From a virus: a DNA stretch of 64,000 bases. The notes beneath the pieces were generated by a model. The model worked only from the letters and a program-made list of their open reading frames with translations. It made no database searches and was not told the origin of the DNA. Each line of letters starts with the position of its first letter. Within the stretch, counting starts at the first letter, position 1. The stretch covers positions 31,022 to 95,021 of IMG/VR virus record IMGVR_UViG_3300050821_003995. The stretch is one strand, 5' to 3'. A program made the position numbers and the translations under genes. This document shows positions 17,375 through 28,250 of the stretch, in pieces.

Positions 17375-17793
17375 AACTTCGCAGCAAGAAGCATACAGTT
17401 GAGGAATTAAAGCAAATGCTTGTTGGGATTACTTGGCAGCAATTTCTCACCGTTTACAACCCCAGAGTACGTCAACGCCCCACTATCACCCTTGATGGCG
17501 TCACATTTGCAGCTCGCTACGGCATTTTCCTTAACATCACTGGGGTGGGTATCGTAGCAAATGGGGATCTCCTCAGATTTATTCCATGTTGGTGCCCGGT
17601 ACGAGATAGTTTGAAGAATGCAATTATCATGGGTGATTATAACCCTGAATGGAATTCATTTCACAGGCTTGACCTTGTTTGGTCTGCTAGCCAAAACCAA
17701 GATCAAAGGCTGGCCCTTCAATCGTTCAAAAATAGTGGGGTTTACCCGCTTAGAGCAGATGACCCAGTTCTAGGATGGCAAGATGCAAGCTGA
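17371..17793 (+). CDS. Hypothetical, LRxMLxGxxW family
   Basis: TVEELKQMLVGITWQQF...FAARYGIF..TGVGI..LRFIPCWCP. Confidence 0.7.
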   Translation: MKLRSKKHTVEELKQMLVGITWQQFLTVYNPRVRQRPTITLDGVTFAARYGIFLNITGVGIVANGDLLRFIPCWCPVRDSLKNAIIMGDYNPEWNSFHRLDLVWSASQNQDQRLALQSFKNSGVYPLRADDPVLGWQDAS

Positions 17794-18187
17794 CATCTAC
17801 CGCTACAAGCACAAATTCTACGATCAGGAACGGCTTGATGCCATCCAGCAGAACTACACGCTGGATGATCTCAGGCTGATGCTGAAAGGCAAAACCTGGG
17901 AAGACGTAGTGAAAATGTCTATCGCTACCTTCGGTGTTGACGGCGTGCATTTCACCGCCCGAATGGGTTGCTTCCTTGCACGCCCCGCCATAGCTGTGTG
18001 CGCGCTGAACAAGCTGGTGGTGCTGCGCTATATCACGCCTGGGAATACGGTCAGGCCAAACTGGACTTTTGATTCGGTGCTGGACGGCACCACCCACTGT
18101 GGCTTCGTAATTTTGGAGGGTGATTTCACCAATGGCCGCATTGGTGATATAAAGATCACCGATCTGGTAATAGGAGAAGATCAATGA
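17783..18187 (+). CDS. Hypothetical, LRxMLxGxxW family
   Basis: YTLDDLRLMLKGKTWED...FTARMGCF. Confidence 0.7.
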   Translation: MQADIYRYKHKFYDQERLDAIQQNYTLDDLRLMLKGKTWEDVVKMSIATFGVDGVHFTARMGCFLARPAIAVCALNKLVVLRYITPGNTVRPNWTFDSVLDGTTHCGFVILEGDFTNGRIGDIKITDLVIGEDQ

Positions 18188-18381
18188 GCAAGAAAAAGCT
18201 CCCAAGAGCACGAAAAGGTGACCTACCACTAATGCCCGGCGACCCAACACGAGATCCTTACGCTGAAGGGGCCGATGCAGCACTTGCTGGTGCCAGTGAC
18301 ACAACAAATCCATATCCAATAGCTAGTGATGAAGAAGCTAGCTGGAATGATGGCTACCTTTCAATCGCTGATTATGACTAA
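18184..18381 (+). CDS. Small protein with Rmf/CrpP-like motif
   Basis: Y.EG..A......NPY......W..GY. Confidence 0.5.
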   Translation: MSKKKLPRARKGDLPLMPGDPTRDPYAEGADAALAGASDTTNPYPIASDEEASWNDGYLSIADYD

Positions 18382-18847
18382 CACCAGCAAAATACTGGCC
18401 TGCCTGCCAACCCTGAGCAAGCCTGACCTTGCCCAAATCAGGGCCGCCGCTGACAGCCTGCTAGGGCCTGGGGCTGCGCCAAATGATAGCCCCGCTACCC
18501 CCCTATTTGACGCCATAACGCGCGCCCTGGGCTTGCGCCTGGGCTGGGCTGAGTTTCAGGCCGGCACGACGTATAAACCCTATAAGCGCGGTGAGCGGGC
18601 TATTGCTGAATTTTTGGGGTCAACCTTCCCCAGCGCAGCAGACCGCGTGCAGTTCAACGCCATGCTGACTTTCATGATCGAATGTCTAGTAGACGATTTG
18701 AAAGAACGAAAGGTGCCGTTGTCCCTGGGCGCGCTGTGTGTAAATCTGGAGCGCTGCCCTGAGGTCTTCAAGGCAGCCTTCCCCGGCTACATTGAGGGAG
18801 GGGCTGCTCATCTAATCCTGCAACGCATGAAAAGAGGGAAAACATGA
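18374..18847 (+). CDS. Hypothetical protein
   Basis: Operon packing. Confidence 0.6.
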   Translation: MTNTSKILACLPTLSKPDLAQIRAAADSLLGPGAAPNDSPATPLFDAITRALGLRLGWAEFQAGTTYKPYKRGERAIAEFLGSTFPSAADRVQFNAMLTFMIECLVDDLKERKVPLSLGALCVNLERCPEVFKAAFPGYIEGGAAHLILQRMKRGKT

Positions 18848-19028
18848 TAAAGCTTCTGAGCCGGTGGCCACTCATGCTGAAAAGCACGCACGAAGCAACG
18901 CGTCGTGAAAATTGGGAACTGCGTGGGGCTTTGACGGCGGCAAACGCCGAACTGCGGAAGCACCGGCTATTGATTGGTGGGCTGCGTAGCGGCGCCATCG
19001 ACCTTACCGATAAAATTAAACAAAAGGT

Positions 19029-19484
19029 GTGACGATGACCGACCAACCTGCCATAGACCCAACCAGAGCATTTCGTGACTACGCCACGCGCATCTCATTC
19101 AACATGAGTCTCAGCCGCAATCAGGTAGGCCATCTTGCCGGCGTGGTTATGGAGATTGAGAATGAAGAACTGCTCAATCAGCTTGATTTTGACACGCGGG
19201 TTAAGAGGAAAGATCAAGAGGTTGATAACAATGGTGGGCGTTCCAATTTGTTTGTGACCGGCCGCAGGTCACTTCTCAACATGGGCCTTGTAGTGCACGA
19301 CCCACGCTGGTTGGCTGCTTCTAAGGCTTGTGAATTGGACAAACGCCTCTTTTGGAAATACACCGGCCCCTCCTACCAACTCACACCAGCGGGGCAGCAC
19401 GTCGTTGAACTGTTGCGTATTGCCGGGCTGATCCCCAAAGCCGCTGCCAACAGCAATAAGAAGCACAAGCGCAAGGCAGCATAA
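19029..19484 (+). CDS. Hypothetical protein (wHTH-like YQLTPAG)
   Basis: Abuts helicase start. Confidence 0.55.
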   Translation: MTMTDQPAIDPTRAFRDYATRISFNMSLSRNQVGHLAGVVMEIENEELLNQLDFDTRVKRKDQEVDNNGGRSNLFVTGRRSLLNMGLVVHDPRWLAASKACELDKRLFWKYTGPSYQLTPAGQHVVELLRIAGLIPKAAANSNKKHKRKAA

Positions 19485-20890
19485 TGCTCCTTGGTGCTTT
19501 ACAAGAGAATCTCATAACTCTTTTGAGTTGGGACGATAAGCGCGCACCCATAATCCGTGGGGTGGTGGCGCCTGAGCTATTCGGTGGTCATTACCGCACC
19601 ATTGTCGCCCGTGTGTACGACTACATCGATAAATACAAGAAAGCCCCCAAAGACCACCTGCCCGACTTGCTCATGGACAAGCTTGAGGCACCGGGGCGTG
19701 AGGCAGACCTGTACATTGAAACCGTTGACTCCATCTCATCTGCCCGTGACGGCATTAACGCCACCTACGTCATGTCGCAGTTGGAGCTTTTTGTAAAGCG
19801 GCAATCATTCAGATCATTGGGCATTGAGTTTGTCAACGCCATCAAGAAGGACACTGAGGAATCACTAGCCGAAGCCGAAGCCATCATGGCCAAGGCTAAC
19901 ACCCAAGCCCTGAGCGTGTTTGACCCAGGGATCAGGCTCAGCGACAAGCGCGCCATGAGCTTCCTTGATATTCAGGAGCACAGCTTCCCCACTGGCATAC
20001 CTGAATTGGATAAACGCAGCTTTGGCCCTACCCGCAAGGAGCTTTGGCTGTTTATTGGCAACACCAAGGCCGGCAAGTCATGGGCGCTCATCCAATTGGC
20101 CAAGATGGCGGCGCTGCACCGTTTCAAGGTGTGTCACATATCATTGGAAATGTCGCGCGAACGCTGTGCGCAGCGCTACTACCAAAGCCTGTTTGCTATC
20201 TCAAAACGCAAAGAGACATTCAGGAACACCAAGTTTCAGAAGGACAAGCTTAACCGTATCACCGGCTATGACGATGTGAGGGTGCAGCCATCATTGACCT
20301 ATGATGACCCCGACATCCGCAGGAAGCTGGGTCGGCGTATTGACCGCTATGCTGACCGGCTGCTTGACAATATCGTTATCCGTGACTTCCCCATGGGCAC
20401 GATGACCATTCAGCACATGAAGGCATATTTGGATAACCTTGAGCAAACCCAGAACTTCGTACCCGATCTGCTGATCATAGATTATCCCGATTTAATGCGG
20501 TTGGACAAGGACAACTACCGGCTCAGCATTGATGAAGCCTATAAGGATATCCGTGGCATAGCGGGCACCCGTAACATAGCCTGCGCGGTGGTGAGCCAAT
20601 CACACCGGGCCGGTGCCAAGGCCAAGCAGGTTGGGGCTGAAAACGTGGCTGAAGCCTACTCAAAAATTGCCCACGCCGACACCATTGTGACCTATAGCCA
20701 AACCCCCCAAGAGCGTAAGCTGGGCCTAGCACGGCTGTTCGTAGCCGGTGGCCGCAATGACGAGGACAAGATGACTGTGGTAATCAGCCAACAATATGGC
20801 ATGGGGTCTTTCGTTGTGGATAGTACCCTGATGCTTGGTCAGTATTTTGAATCTATTCCTCAAGACGGGCGTGAAGATGACGATGCGTAA
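19484..20890 (+). CDS. DnaB-like replicative helicase
   Basis: PTGIPELD, GNTKAGKS, SLEM, LIIDY, VSQ. Confidence 0.9.
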   Translation: MLLGALQENLITLLSWDDKRAPIIRGVVAPELFGGHYRTIVARVYDYIDKYKKAPKDHLPDLLMDKLEAPGREADLYIETVDSISSARDGINATYVMSQLELFVKRQSFRSLGIEFVNAIKKDTEESLAEAEAIMAKANTQALSVFDPGIRLSDKRAMSFLDIQEHSFPTGIPELDKRSFGPTRKELWLFIGNTKAGKSWALIQLAKMAALHRFKVCHISLEMSRERCAQRYYQSLFAISKRKETFRNTKFQKDKLNRITGYDDVRVQPSLTYDDPDIRRKLGRRIDRYADRLLDNIVIRDFPMGTMTIQHMKAYLDNLEQTQNFVPDLLIIDYPDLMRLDKDNYRLSIDEAYKDIRGIAGTRNIACAVVSQSHRAGAKAKQVGAENVAEAYSKIAHADTIVTYSQTPQERKLGLARLFVAGGRNDEDKMTVVISQQYGMGSFVVDSTLMLGQYFESIPQDGREDDDA

Positions 20891-21152
20891 GTCTACAATG
20901 ATGACGAAGGAGACGAAGCCTGAGGGTGCCCTCTCAATAGAGGAAGCACACAAAGCTCGGTACACTGTTTATAGCGCAATATACAAGCATAGGGAAATAA
21001 CTAAACGCAATGTCGCGCCGGGGGCCTTTTGGTTCCATTCGAAACCTGGGGACTTTGTCCAAATTGGTTGGGCGTTTGAAAACTACTTCCACGCCTACGC
21101 CTACAGCCTCAAATGCAAAGAGCAAGCCCGTGAGCAACCTATGGACCCCTGA
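20883..21152 (+). CDS. Hypothetical, NYFHAYAY family
   Basis: PEGAL...FENYFHAYAYSLK. Confidence 0.7.
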   Translation: MRKSTMMTKETKPEGALSIEEAHKARYTVYSAIYKHREITKRNVAPGAFWFHSKPGDFVQIGWAFENYFHAYAYSLKCKEQAREQPMDP

Positions 21153-21504
21153 AGACACTCAAGGCACCATTACGCAGGTCATCAAAGAGTTGCCTATGGG
21201 TGCCGTGCAAACCTGGGAAGGCGTTGCGCTGCTGGTGAGCGGGTCACAAAAGCCAATCTACCTGTTTGTGATTGAGAACCAGGGCAAGAACCCACTTTTG
21301 CAATTTGCCAATCCCAAAGACAGCTTGACCTTGCGGGGTGACGTAATCCAATACACCACAGGTGAAACCGTGTGTCACAAGAAGTTCTTCAACCGCAACT
21401 TCGTGCCAACCTTCTTCATCTTTGACAACTACCTGCACGCCTATGCGTTTCAGCGGAAGCTGGCTGCGGTTGGGCATGTGGTTAGAGTGGAGAAGTACAA
21501 ATGA
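21130..21504 (+). CDS. Hypothetical, NYFHAYAY family
   Basis: FDNYLHAYAFQRK. Confidence 0.65.
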   Translation: MSNLWTPEDTQGTITQVIKELPMGAVQTWEGVALLVSGSQKPIYLFVIENQGKNPLLQFANPKDSLTLRGDVIQYTTGETVCHKKFFNRNFVPTFFIFDNYLHAYAFQRKLAAVGHVVRVEKYK

Positions 21505-21809
21505 GGACCAGCACACCAGAAGGTGCACTCAATCAAATTGAAGCTATTGCAATCGCAAAACAAAAAGGAATTATCTACAAGGTGTACTCAAACGGCTTTA
21601 GCACAATTAAAAACGATAGAGGAAAGCTGATTGCAGCCCGTACCACCAAATACAATATGAGTATAAACAAAATTGATACAGTAGGGCATAAGTCAGATAT
21701 TGTGTTGGGGGCTTGGTTCAGAAGTGAAGTCCAGTTGGGCTATCTATTTGATAATTATTTCCATGCTTATGCCTATAGCCTGAAGCGAAAGGGCGTCACT
21801 TGTGATTAA
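21501..21809 (+). CDS. Hypothetical, NYFHAYAY family
   Basis: PEGAL...FDNYFHAYAYSLK. Confidence 0.7.
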   Translation: MRTSTPEGALNQIEAIAIAKQKGIIYKVYSNGFSTIKNDRGKLIAARTTKYNMSINKIDTVGHKSDIVLGAWFRSEVQLGYLFDNYFHAYAYSLKRKGVTCD

Positions 21810-23361
21810 CAAGCGTGCCATCCGCAAGTTTCTTGAGCGCAAGCTTACCAATTTTGATTGGATAAAGAAGTACAAGAAATTGGAACTGCTCAATGAATTG
21901 TCCTACCTGAAACCTGCCCCGCAGTTTGGCAAGATCAAGCCATGGCTGCACCAAATGGCATGCTTTCTCATCTGCTTGGAACTAAAGCGCTTCATGTTTA
22001 ACATTGACATGGGTGGGGGCAAATCGCTGCTGACCATCATGCTGTTGATGTACCGCAAACAGCGCGGTGAAAAGCCCAGGACCATTGTGTTTGTGCCTTA
22101 TATCACCAGTGTGCTGACGTGGATAGAACAAGTTGAGGAGCACCACACCGGCCTTCACATCGTGCCCCTATTGGGTACGGGTGAGGAAAACCTAGCGGCG
22201 CTGCAAGGCCCCGGTGACCTGTTCGTGATCTGCTACCAAAGCGCAGTAGCCATGGTCACTGAAACGGTCTTCAACAAAAAGAAACAAAAGAACCAGTGGC
22301 AATTGACCGCCGCGCAGGTGCGCAAGTATTTCGCCGGTTTTGATATGATTGTATGTGACGAAATACACAAGTGTTCGTTACCTAGCAGCCTCACCTACCG
22401 CATGTGCCGGGCTATATCAGGTCAGTGTGAATGGGCTTTTGGCCTTACCGGTACCCCCTTTGGCAAAGATCCCATTGGCTTGCAGCCGCAGTTCTATCTG
22501 ATTGATTTTGGTGAAACGCTAGGCACCACGGTTGAGTTCTTCAGGGCAGTCTTTTACACGGAGGGCAAGAACTATTGGGGTGGCTACGAATTCACCTTCA
22601 AGAAAAAGCTGGAACCTGACCTTCATAGGATGGTCAAAAATTGCTCTATTTATTATGGCATTGATGATCTGCACGACATGCCCCCCAAGGTTTATATCTC
22701 AAAAAGCCTGCCACCACCGCCCGACTCGGAGGGCTATTGCAAAGCAGCTCTCAAGCAGATCAACGACGCGGTCAAAGGCAAGGAAAAAGGTGCCTACCGG
22801 GTTGTTGAAAGCAATTACCTGAAGCTGCGACAATTGTCATCCGGCTTCATGACCCTGCGGGGTGAGGACAACGACAAGATACAGATTAAGTTTGAGGACA
22901 ACCCCAAGCTTGAAGCTTTGGTGGATTTGGTCGAAAGTATGCCCTCCACTTCTAAAATGGTTGTATTCCATCATTTTGTGTACACCAACCAGCTTATCAG
23001 TGACCGGCTCAAGGAACTGAAGATCAAGCATGCCCGCGTATGGGGTAAAGCGCGTGATCCCATAGGGCAGTTGCAGAAGTTCAAATCAGACCCTAACGTG
23101 CGCGTGCTGGTCATCAATGTGCGATCTGGCTCAAGTTCTCTCAACTTACAGTTCGCCAACTATTTGGTGTTTTTTGAGCAACCCGACAACCCCATCGACC
23201 GTCAGCAAGCAGAGCGCCGGTTATGGCGCCCCGGTCAGGCCAAGCGCGTCCTCATCTACGACCTGCTCACTCGAGCGACAAAAGACCATGCCCTTCACGC
23301 TAGCAACAAAGCTGGTGAAGATCTCATGCAATCAATTATCGCTGGGCGTACCAAACTCTAA
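21802..23361 (+). CDS. SNF2-family (SF2) helicase
   Basis: DMGGGKS, DEIH, LTGTP, LNLQ, QAERR..RPGQ. Confidence 0.9.
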   Translation: MINKRAIRKFLERKLTNFDWIKKYKKLELLNELSYLKPAPQFGKIKPWLHQMACFLICLELKRFMFNIDMGGGKSLLTIMLLMYRKQRGEKPRTIVFVPYITSVLTWIEQVEEHHTGLHIVPLLGTGEENLAALQGPGDLFVICYQSAVAMVTETVFNKKKQKNQWQLTAAQVRKYFAGFDMIVCDEIHKCSLPSSLTYRMCRAISGQCEWAFGLTGTPFGKDPIGLQPQFYLIDFGETLGTTVEFFRAVFYTEGKNYWGGYEFTFKKKLEPDLHRMVKNCSIYYGIDDLHDMPPKVYISKSLPPPPDSEGYCKAALKQINDAVKGKEKGAYRVVESNYLKLRQLSSGFMTLRGEDNDKIQIKFEDNPKLEALVDLVESMPSTSKMVVFHHFVYTNQLISDRLKELKIKHARVWGKARDPIGQLQKFKSDPNVRVLVINVRSGSSSLNLQFANYLVFFEQPDNPIDRQQAERRLWRPGQAKRVLIYDLLTRATKDHALHASNKAGEDLMQSIIAGRTKL

Positions 23362-23372
23362 GGAGAAGCCCC

Positions 23373-23915
23373 ATGACGTTGCTAGGAGCAGACGTGTCAC
23401 ATCGCAATCAACACAACACCGCATGGACATTCGACAAGAAAGAGAAATTAAAGGAGCTGTTCTTAGCCGGCCTTTCAGGGGGTGCCATAGGTCATGCACT
23501 GGGGGTAACCCGCAATTCAGTCATAGGTACCATACATCGCATGGGCCTAAAGCGCAGCAAGTGTGACAGCAGCAGCCCCACCACTGCCCACAACACCAAA
23601 GCTTTCAAGCCCCGCAGGGCACGCCTACAAGCAAACAGCGGCCCCCTCACCCATTTCACCCAACGCAAGCGACTCAGGGTAGCCTTGGTGGAAGCACCCG
23701 ACACGTCCCCAGCCGAACTCACTTTCATTAAAATGTCGGCTTTTGATGCAGCTATACCAATAAAACAACGCCTTACTCTTTTTCAACTAAACGGTCACAC
23801 ATGCAAGTGGTCTATAGGGAACCCAGGAGAACCAGATTTTTTCTTTTGTGGCGGTGCCCCGGTAAGCGGCTTCCCATATTGTCCGCAGCATGCGATACGG
23901 GCGTACCGCGCATGA
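23373..23915 (+). CDS. gcrA: GcrA-like cell-cycle transcription regulator
   Basis: WT...LKEL..AGLS...I..ALGVTRNSVIG.IHRMGL and CKWSIG.P..PDFFFCG......PYC..H. Confidence 0.88.
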   Translation: MTLLGADVSHRNQHNTAWTFDKKEKLKELFLAGLSGGAIGHALGVTRNSVIGTIHRMGLKRSKCDSSSPTTAHNTKAFKPRRARLQANSGPLTHFTQRKRLRVALVEAPDTSPAELTFIKMSAFDAAIPIKQRLTLFQLNGHTCKWSIGNPGEPDFFFCGGAPVSGFPYCPQHAIRAYRA

Positions 23916-24082
23916 CCGGGAAACGCCATGGTCACACCAAAGGCAGCCGCAAGCCCAACGGCAAATGGAAAGTGGTCAAATCACTGACCTATTGCTCTTG
24001 GGAGTCAATGAACAGCCGCTGCTACCAAACATCCCATAAATGGTACCATTTATATGGTGGCCGTGGTCATGAACCTCGCTGA
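23912..24082 (+). pseudogene. Truncated HNH endonuclease remnant
   Basis: HG..TY.SW.SM..RC......YGGRG, then breaks where the foreign block starts; compare intact 31576 ORF. Confidence 0.65.
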
Positions 24083-26702
24083 AATCAAAACCGCCCGCTC
24101 TGGCTTCCTAGCCAAAGCCAAGGCAACCGATGATCCCGGCGAGAAGCATTGGTGCAAGGTCTTTATCGCCAATCTCGACTTGATGGCATCGGACGACGAG
24201 GAAGAACGCGAGCGCGGCAAGCGGACGTTTGAACAGAACGTCGATTGGTACACGCGGCTGTTTCTGCCGACGCGGCAGAAAGCGGCCGATTAGTGCGTCG
24301 TTACTCGACAACTTCATTGGGATAAAATGGGCTGCGATATTCACCTAGTTCTGGAACAACGCGATGGCGACAAGTGGGTTGGCGTCGATACCTTCGTCTC
24401 GCACAATCGGGCCTATGCGAAAGACGAAATGGATGCCTACTCGTCCCCGATAGCTCGCCAGCGCAATTACAATCGCTTTGCTGCCCTTGCGGGCGTTAGG
24501 GGGAAGGGGCCGGCGGCACGCGGTATCCCCGACAATGCTTCCGACACTGCGCGCTTCCTGGTCAAGAGCTGGGCCAGCGACGGACATTCTCACTCGTGGC
24601 TACCGATGAAGGAGGCAGCACAAATCTGGCTCAACACCGGATACCACGATCTGAAAGACGCGGCAGACTTCATCAAAAAATATCCAGAGTGCCACTACTT
24701 CAATGTCGATTGCTCGGAAGGCTCCGGGAAAAGTGCAGACGACTTTCGCGTCGTCTTTTGGTTCGACAACTAACGACATACAGGACGTTAACAGGGAGAG
24801 AACAACGATGGCTTACGGGGACCGGATCAACGCGATTAAGCAAGACTGGATCGATGACATTTTGGAGATTTTGCAGCGCTGGGACGGCCATGGAAAGTTG
24901 GAGTTAAAATCTCTCAGCCAAATGTCGTCCGCCGACTTGAGCCGGCTACAGACGATCCTCGATTCAAAGGACCGCCATATGCAGACGCAAGCGGTCATAC
25001 CGAGCATTGCTCTACCCGACAACGGGCACTAACCGCCGACAAGCATGGAGATTGAAATGCCGAAGAAAGACCCGACGCCGCTTCAAATCACCATGCAAGA
25101 GCTTGGTGAAAAGCTGGCTTCAATGAAGGTGGCTTGCGGCCACGTCGGCGCTCCCTGCGTTGAAATCCCGATGGACGAGATCAGCGTGTTCACGGATAAG
25201 GAAGGCGTGATGCACGCGATCATGACCATGCAAAATCTGATCTACATGGTTGACCGCGTTCTGAGACAGTAGCCGACATACCCGTCCAATGCAGGGAGAT
25301 TGAAACGTGGCACCATTGAAAGAAAAATATCTCCGAGATCGGTTGCTGCGCATCGTGCTTGATTCACTCTCGATGAAAGAGGTAACGCGCGAGGAAGCTC
25401 TAGCCGCGTGCATGGGCGCCGCTGCCACCGTTCTCGGCACTTACTCCGCACACGATCGGGAAGCGGTCGCCGCGGCCTTGGATGGTGTCCTGCTCAAACA
25501 TGCCAATGCGCGTGCCCGAGAGCTTCGCTCTGGCGATGTCGATGCCGACATGGCCCGCAGTAATCAGTAGAATGTAGGAGGATGACGATGCGCTGCTGCA
25601 AGATCAAATGCGACAAGCCGGCCGAATATGAAATCTGGCATGGGCCACATCACGATGACTATACACATTCTTGTTTGGCTCACATCCCAGACCTGATGAC
25701 TGATGCGAAAGAGCATCGGATCGTAACGCTACAGCAGATCATCCCGAGTGTTGGCTGTGTTTTTTGCGATCTTAATCTTATTCCTAGCGATGGTACACAT
25801 TCGTTGCCGGGTGGGCGTCAGGCGCTATGCTCGCGCTAACATCACAACAACCGGGACCGCGACGAACGAAACGACTGATCCCTGAACAGCAGGCAGAATC
25901 ATGAGCATTGAAAGCCTCCGCGCCATTGCCACCGATCCCGACGTAATCGATCGCGACTATGCACCGGAAATTGAGGCAGCGATTACCAAGATCGAAACCG
26001 ACGTGAAGGTAATCGCGGAGAAGGACGCCGAGATCGCGCACCTCAACAGCGCCTTCGACGATTGTGTCGAGAACGCCAACTCATCCCAAGCCGAAGTCGA
26101 ACGCCAAGCGAAGGTGATCGTGGCGTTAAGGGAAGCGCTTAAGCCGTTCGCCAAACTCGCAAAGGACGACGACTTGAAGGGCATGCCACCGAGCACAAAA
26201 TATCTATCGTGGGCCGAGCTAACGATTGCGGATGTACAGCGCGCCGGCCGGGTTTATGAGCAGTCAACACCACTGAGCAAAGCCGACCGCGACGCCGAAA
26301 TTGCCGACAGGCTATAGTTAAGCGATATGTCGGGAAACTCAATGTGGGCTGTTTGGGTTGAAGGCGAGAATACCGAACTTGACCGCGTTGTTAAACGGCG
26401 TGGCGGTCCTGGCTTCGATTACCCTTGCGCCAGTAAAACGATGGTCCAATGCGCGCTGTGGGAGTGTCAAAGCCAAGGGCGCTGCCGCTTAGGCGGCATC
26501 CTTGATCTACCGGAGCGCCGCAATGGCCATTGATCGAAACAAGCCGCCGAAGAATCGCCCCGGCTTTCGTTGGGAATGGCGAGACGGATGCGACTGCGAG
26601 AACTGTCCGTGGCGCGGAAGCTGTAGAGGCCAGACATGGCCTCACTGGATCGAAGTGCCGACATATGGCCAATTAACAGGTAATTATAAATGGACTGGAT
26701 AA
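24069..26702 (+). other. Block of nine small hypothetical genes (24069, 24327, 24808, 25057, 25307, 25582, 25901, 26327, 26523), apparently acquired
   Basis: Co-oriented small ORFs; visibly richer in TCG/CGA words than flanks; 24327 has MGCDIH...RNY..FA.LAGVRG...DGHSHSWL...RVVFWFDN phage family motifs. Confidence 0.65.
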
Positions 26703-27649
26703 CATTCTTGGACAATAGTCATATAGATTATGTGACAAGTGGCCCCAACGTACGTCGGGGGCAAATTGCCCTAAAGTGCCCCTGGTGCGGGGATGATGAT
26801 CCCTCTGAACACCTCTCCATTTCACTGACCAAGGACGCTTTTGGGTGCTGGCGCAATGCCAAACACGCCGGGCGCAAGCCTTATAGTTTGGTGGCTGCGC
26901 TGTTGGGCTGCTCATATAGCCAAGCGCGAGTCATTGTGGGGCAGCACAGTGCCCCGGACCCCTCAAACCTTGATGAAGCCCTGACGGCCCTGGGGGCCAC
27001 ACACGCGCCCGTACAGGGTGCCAAAGCACCCCCTGAGGGGCTACCCCCTGATTTCAAGCCAATCAAGCCCACGGGCCTCACAGGCCGTTTTTGGCGGTAC
27101 CTTAAGAACCGGGGTTTTGATGATGTTGGGGCACTGATCAAAGAATATGGTTTACTCTGTTGTCAGCATGGACGATGGAAGGATCGAGTAGTGCTTCCAC
27201 TTTACCACAAAAAGCAATTGGTGGGCTGGACCGCCCGTGCCATTCAGCCCACCGTCAGTGCACCACGCTATCTAAGCTCTTCAGCCGCGATCAAGACCAT
27301 TGTGTTTAATGAGGATACCTTGATGAAAGGTGGCAAGCTGTTGTACATAACCGAGGGGCCATTTGATGCTATCAAAATGGATTTCTATGGTGAGCCTCAC
27401 GGACTACGGGCAACGTGCCTCTTTGGTGTCAACCCTACACCATCGCAGATAGCAGCACTACAAACTCTAACCCACAAATTTGATCGGGTTAGAATATTAT
27501 TTGACGAAGGGGCTTTTGATGCTGCCCTACAACTTCGTGATTGGCTACCGGGCCGCAACGTGCGAATTGAAACCCTACCGGTAGGGGTTAGTGATCCTGG
27601 GTCACTCAACCGCAAGCAAATCAAAAAGCTTATTCCCATTGTATCCTGA
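26690..27649 (+). CDS. DNA primase (Zn finger + TOPRIM)
   Basis: CPWC..CWR..H, TARAI, ITEGPFDA, LFD, DPG. Confidence 0.88.
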   Translation: MDWITFLDNSHIDYVTSGPNVRRGQIALKCPWCGDDDPSEHLSISLTKDAFGCWRNAKHAGRKPYSLVAALLGCSYSQARVIVGQHSAPDPSNLDEALTALGATHAPVQGAKAPPEGLPPDFKPIKPTGLTGRFWRYLKNRGFDDVGALIKEYGLLCCQHGRWKDRVVLPLYHKKQLVGWTARAIQPTVSAPRYLSSSAAIKTIVFNEDTLMKGGKLLYITEGPFDAIKMDFYGEPHGLRATCLFGVNPTPSQIAALQTLTHKFDRVRILFDEGAFDAALQLRDWLPGRNVRIETLPVGVSDPGSLNRKQIKKLIPIVS

Positions 27650-27708
27650 TTTTGACCCGTAGTAGGCTTGAGCCTCAACGGGGATCTTCAACATTTTGAG
27701 GGCAGGCC

Positions 27709-28239
27709 ATGGCACGCAAACAAATGCGCGTTCAAACGGCGTGGGAACCTACCTGGGATGGGCCGATCAAAGAATGGACATTAAAATTCATATGGAACCA
27801 AAAGTGGCGCTGCGATCAAGCCACCAACGAAGTAGATGATTTGCTCCAAGACGGTCATATTGTTTTTATGAGAATATCCACCCGGTACCCACGAGTCATG
27901 CAGCCAAACCAGTTTATGGCTTTGTACAAAACCGCCTACGCGAACCTCATCCACGACAAGTCATGCCACAAGCGTCGCAGGCACCATAAGCGCGTGACCA
28001 AAGACATATCAGAATTGCATGGCCTTGTGGGTGAAACAACGAATACGGGGTATATCAAAGCCCTGCTCGAGGAAGCCCCCGACGAACTAAAACTGGCCAT
28101 GGCGCTGGTAACCAGCGGCACCGTGGCTTTGAGGGGTGACGAACCATTGAAAACATTGAACGCCAAGCTTAGACGTATTCTAGGGCTTGAGAGCACTTTT
28201 GACCTGAAACAGGCCATTCACGAACTGCTGTTCAACTAA
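27709..28239 (+). CDS. Sigma-factor-like protein (region 2-like)
   Basis: EVDDLLQDGHIVF...FMALY...NLIHD resembles sigma70 region 2. Confidence 0.55.
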   Translation: MARKQMRVQTAWEPTWDGPIKEWTLKFIWNQKWRCDQATNEVDDLLQDGHIVFMRISTRYPRVMQPNQFMALYKTAYANLIHDKSCHKRRRHHKRVTKDISELHGLVGETTNTGYIKALLEEAPDELKLAMALVTSGTVALRGDEPLKTLNAKLRRILGLESTFDLKQAIHELLFN

Positions 28240-28250
28240 AGGAGCACCCT

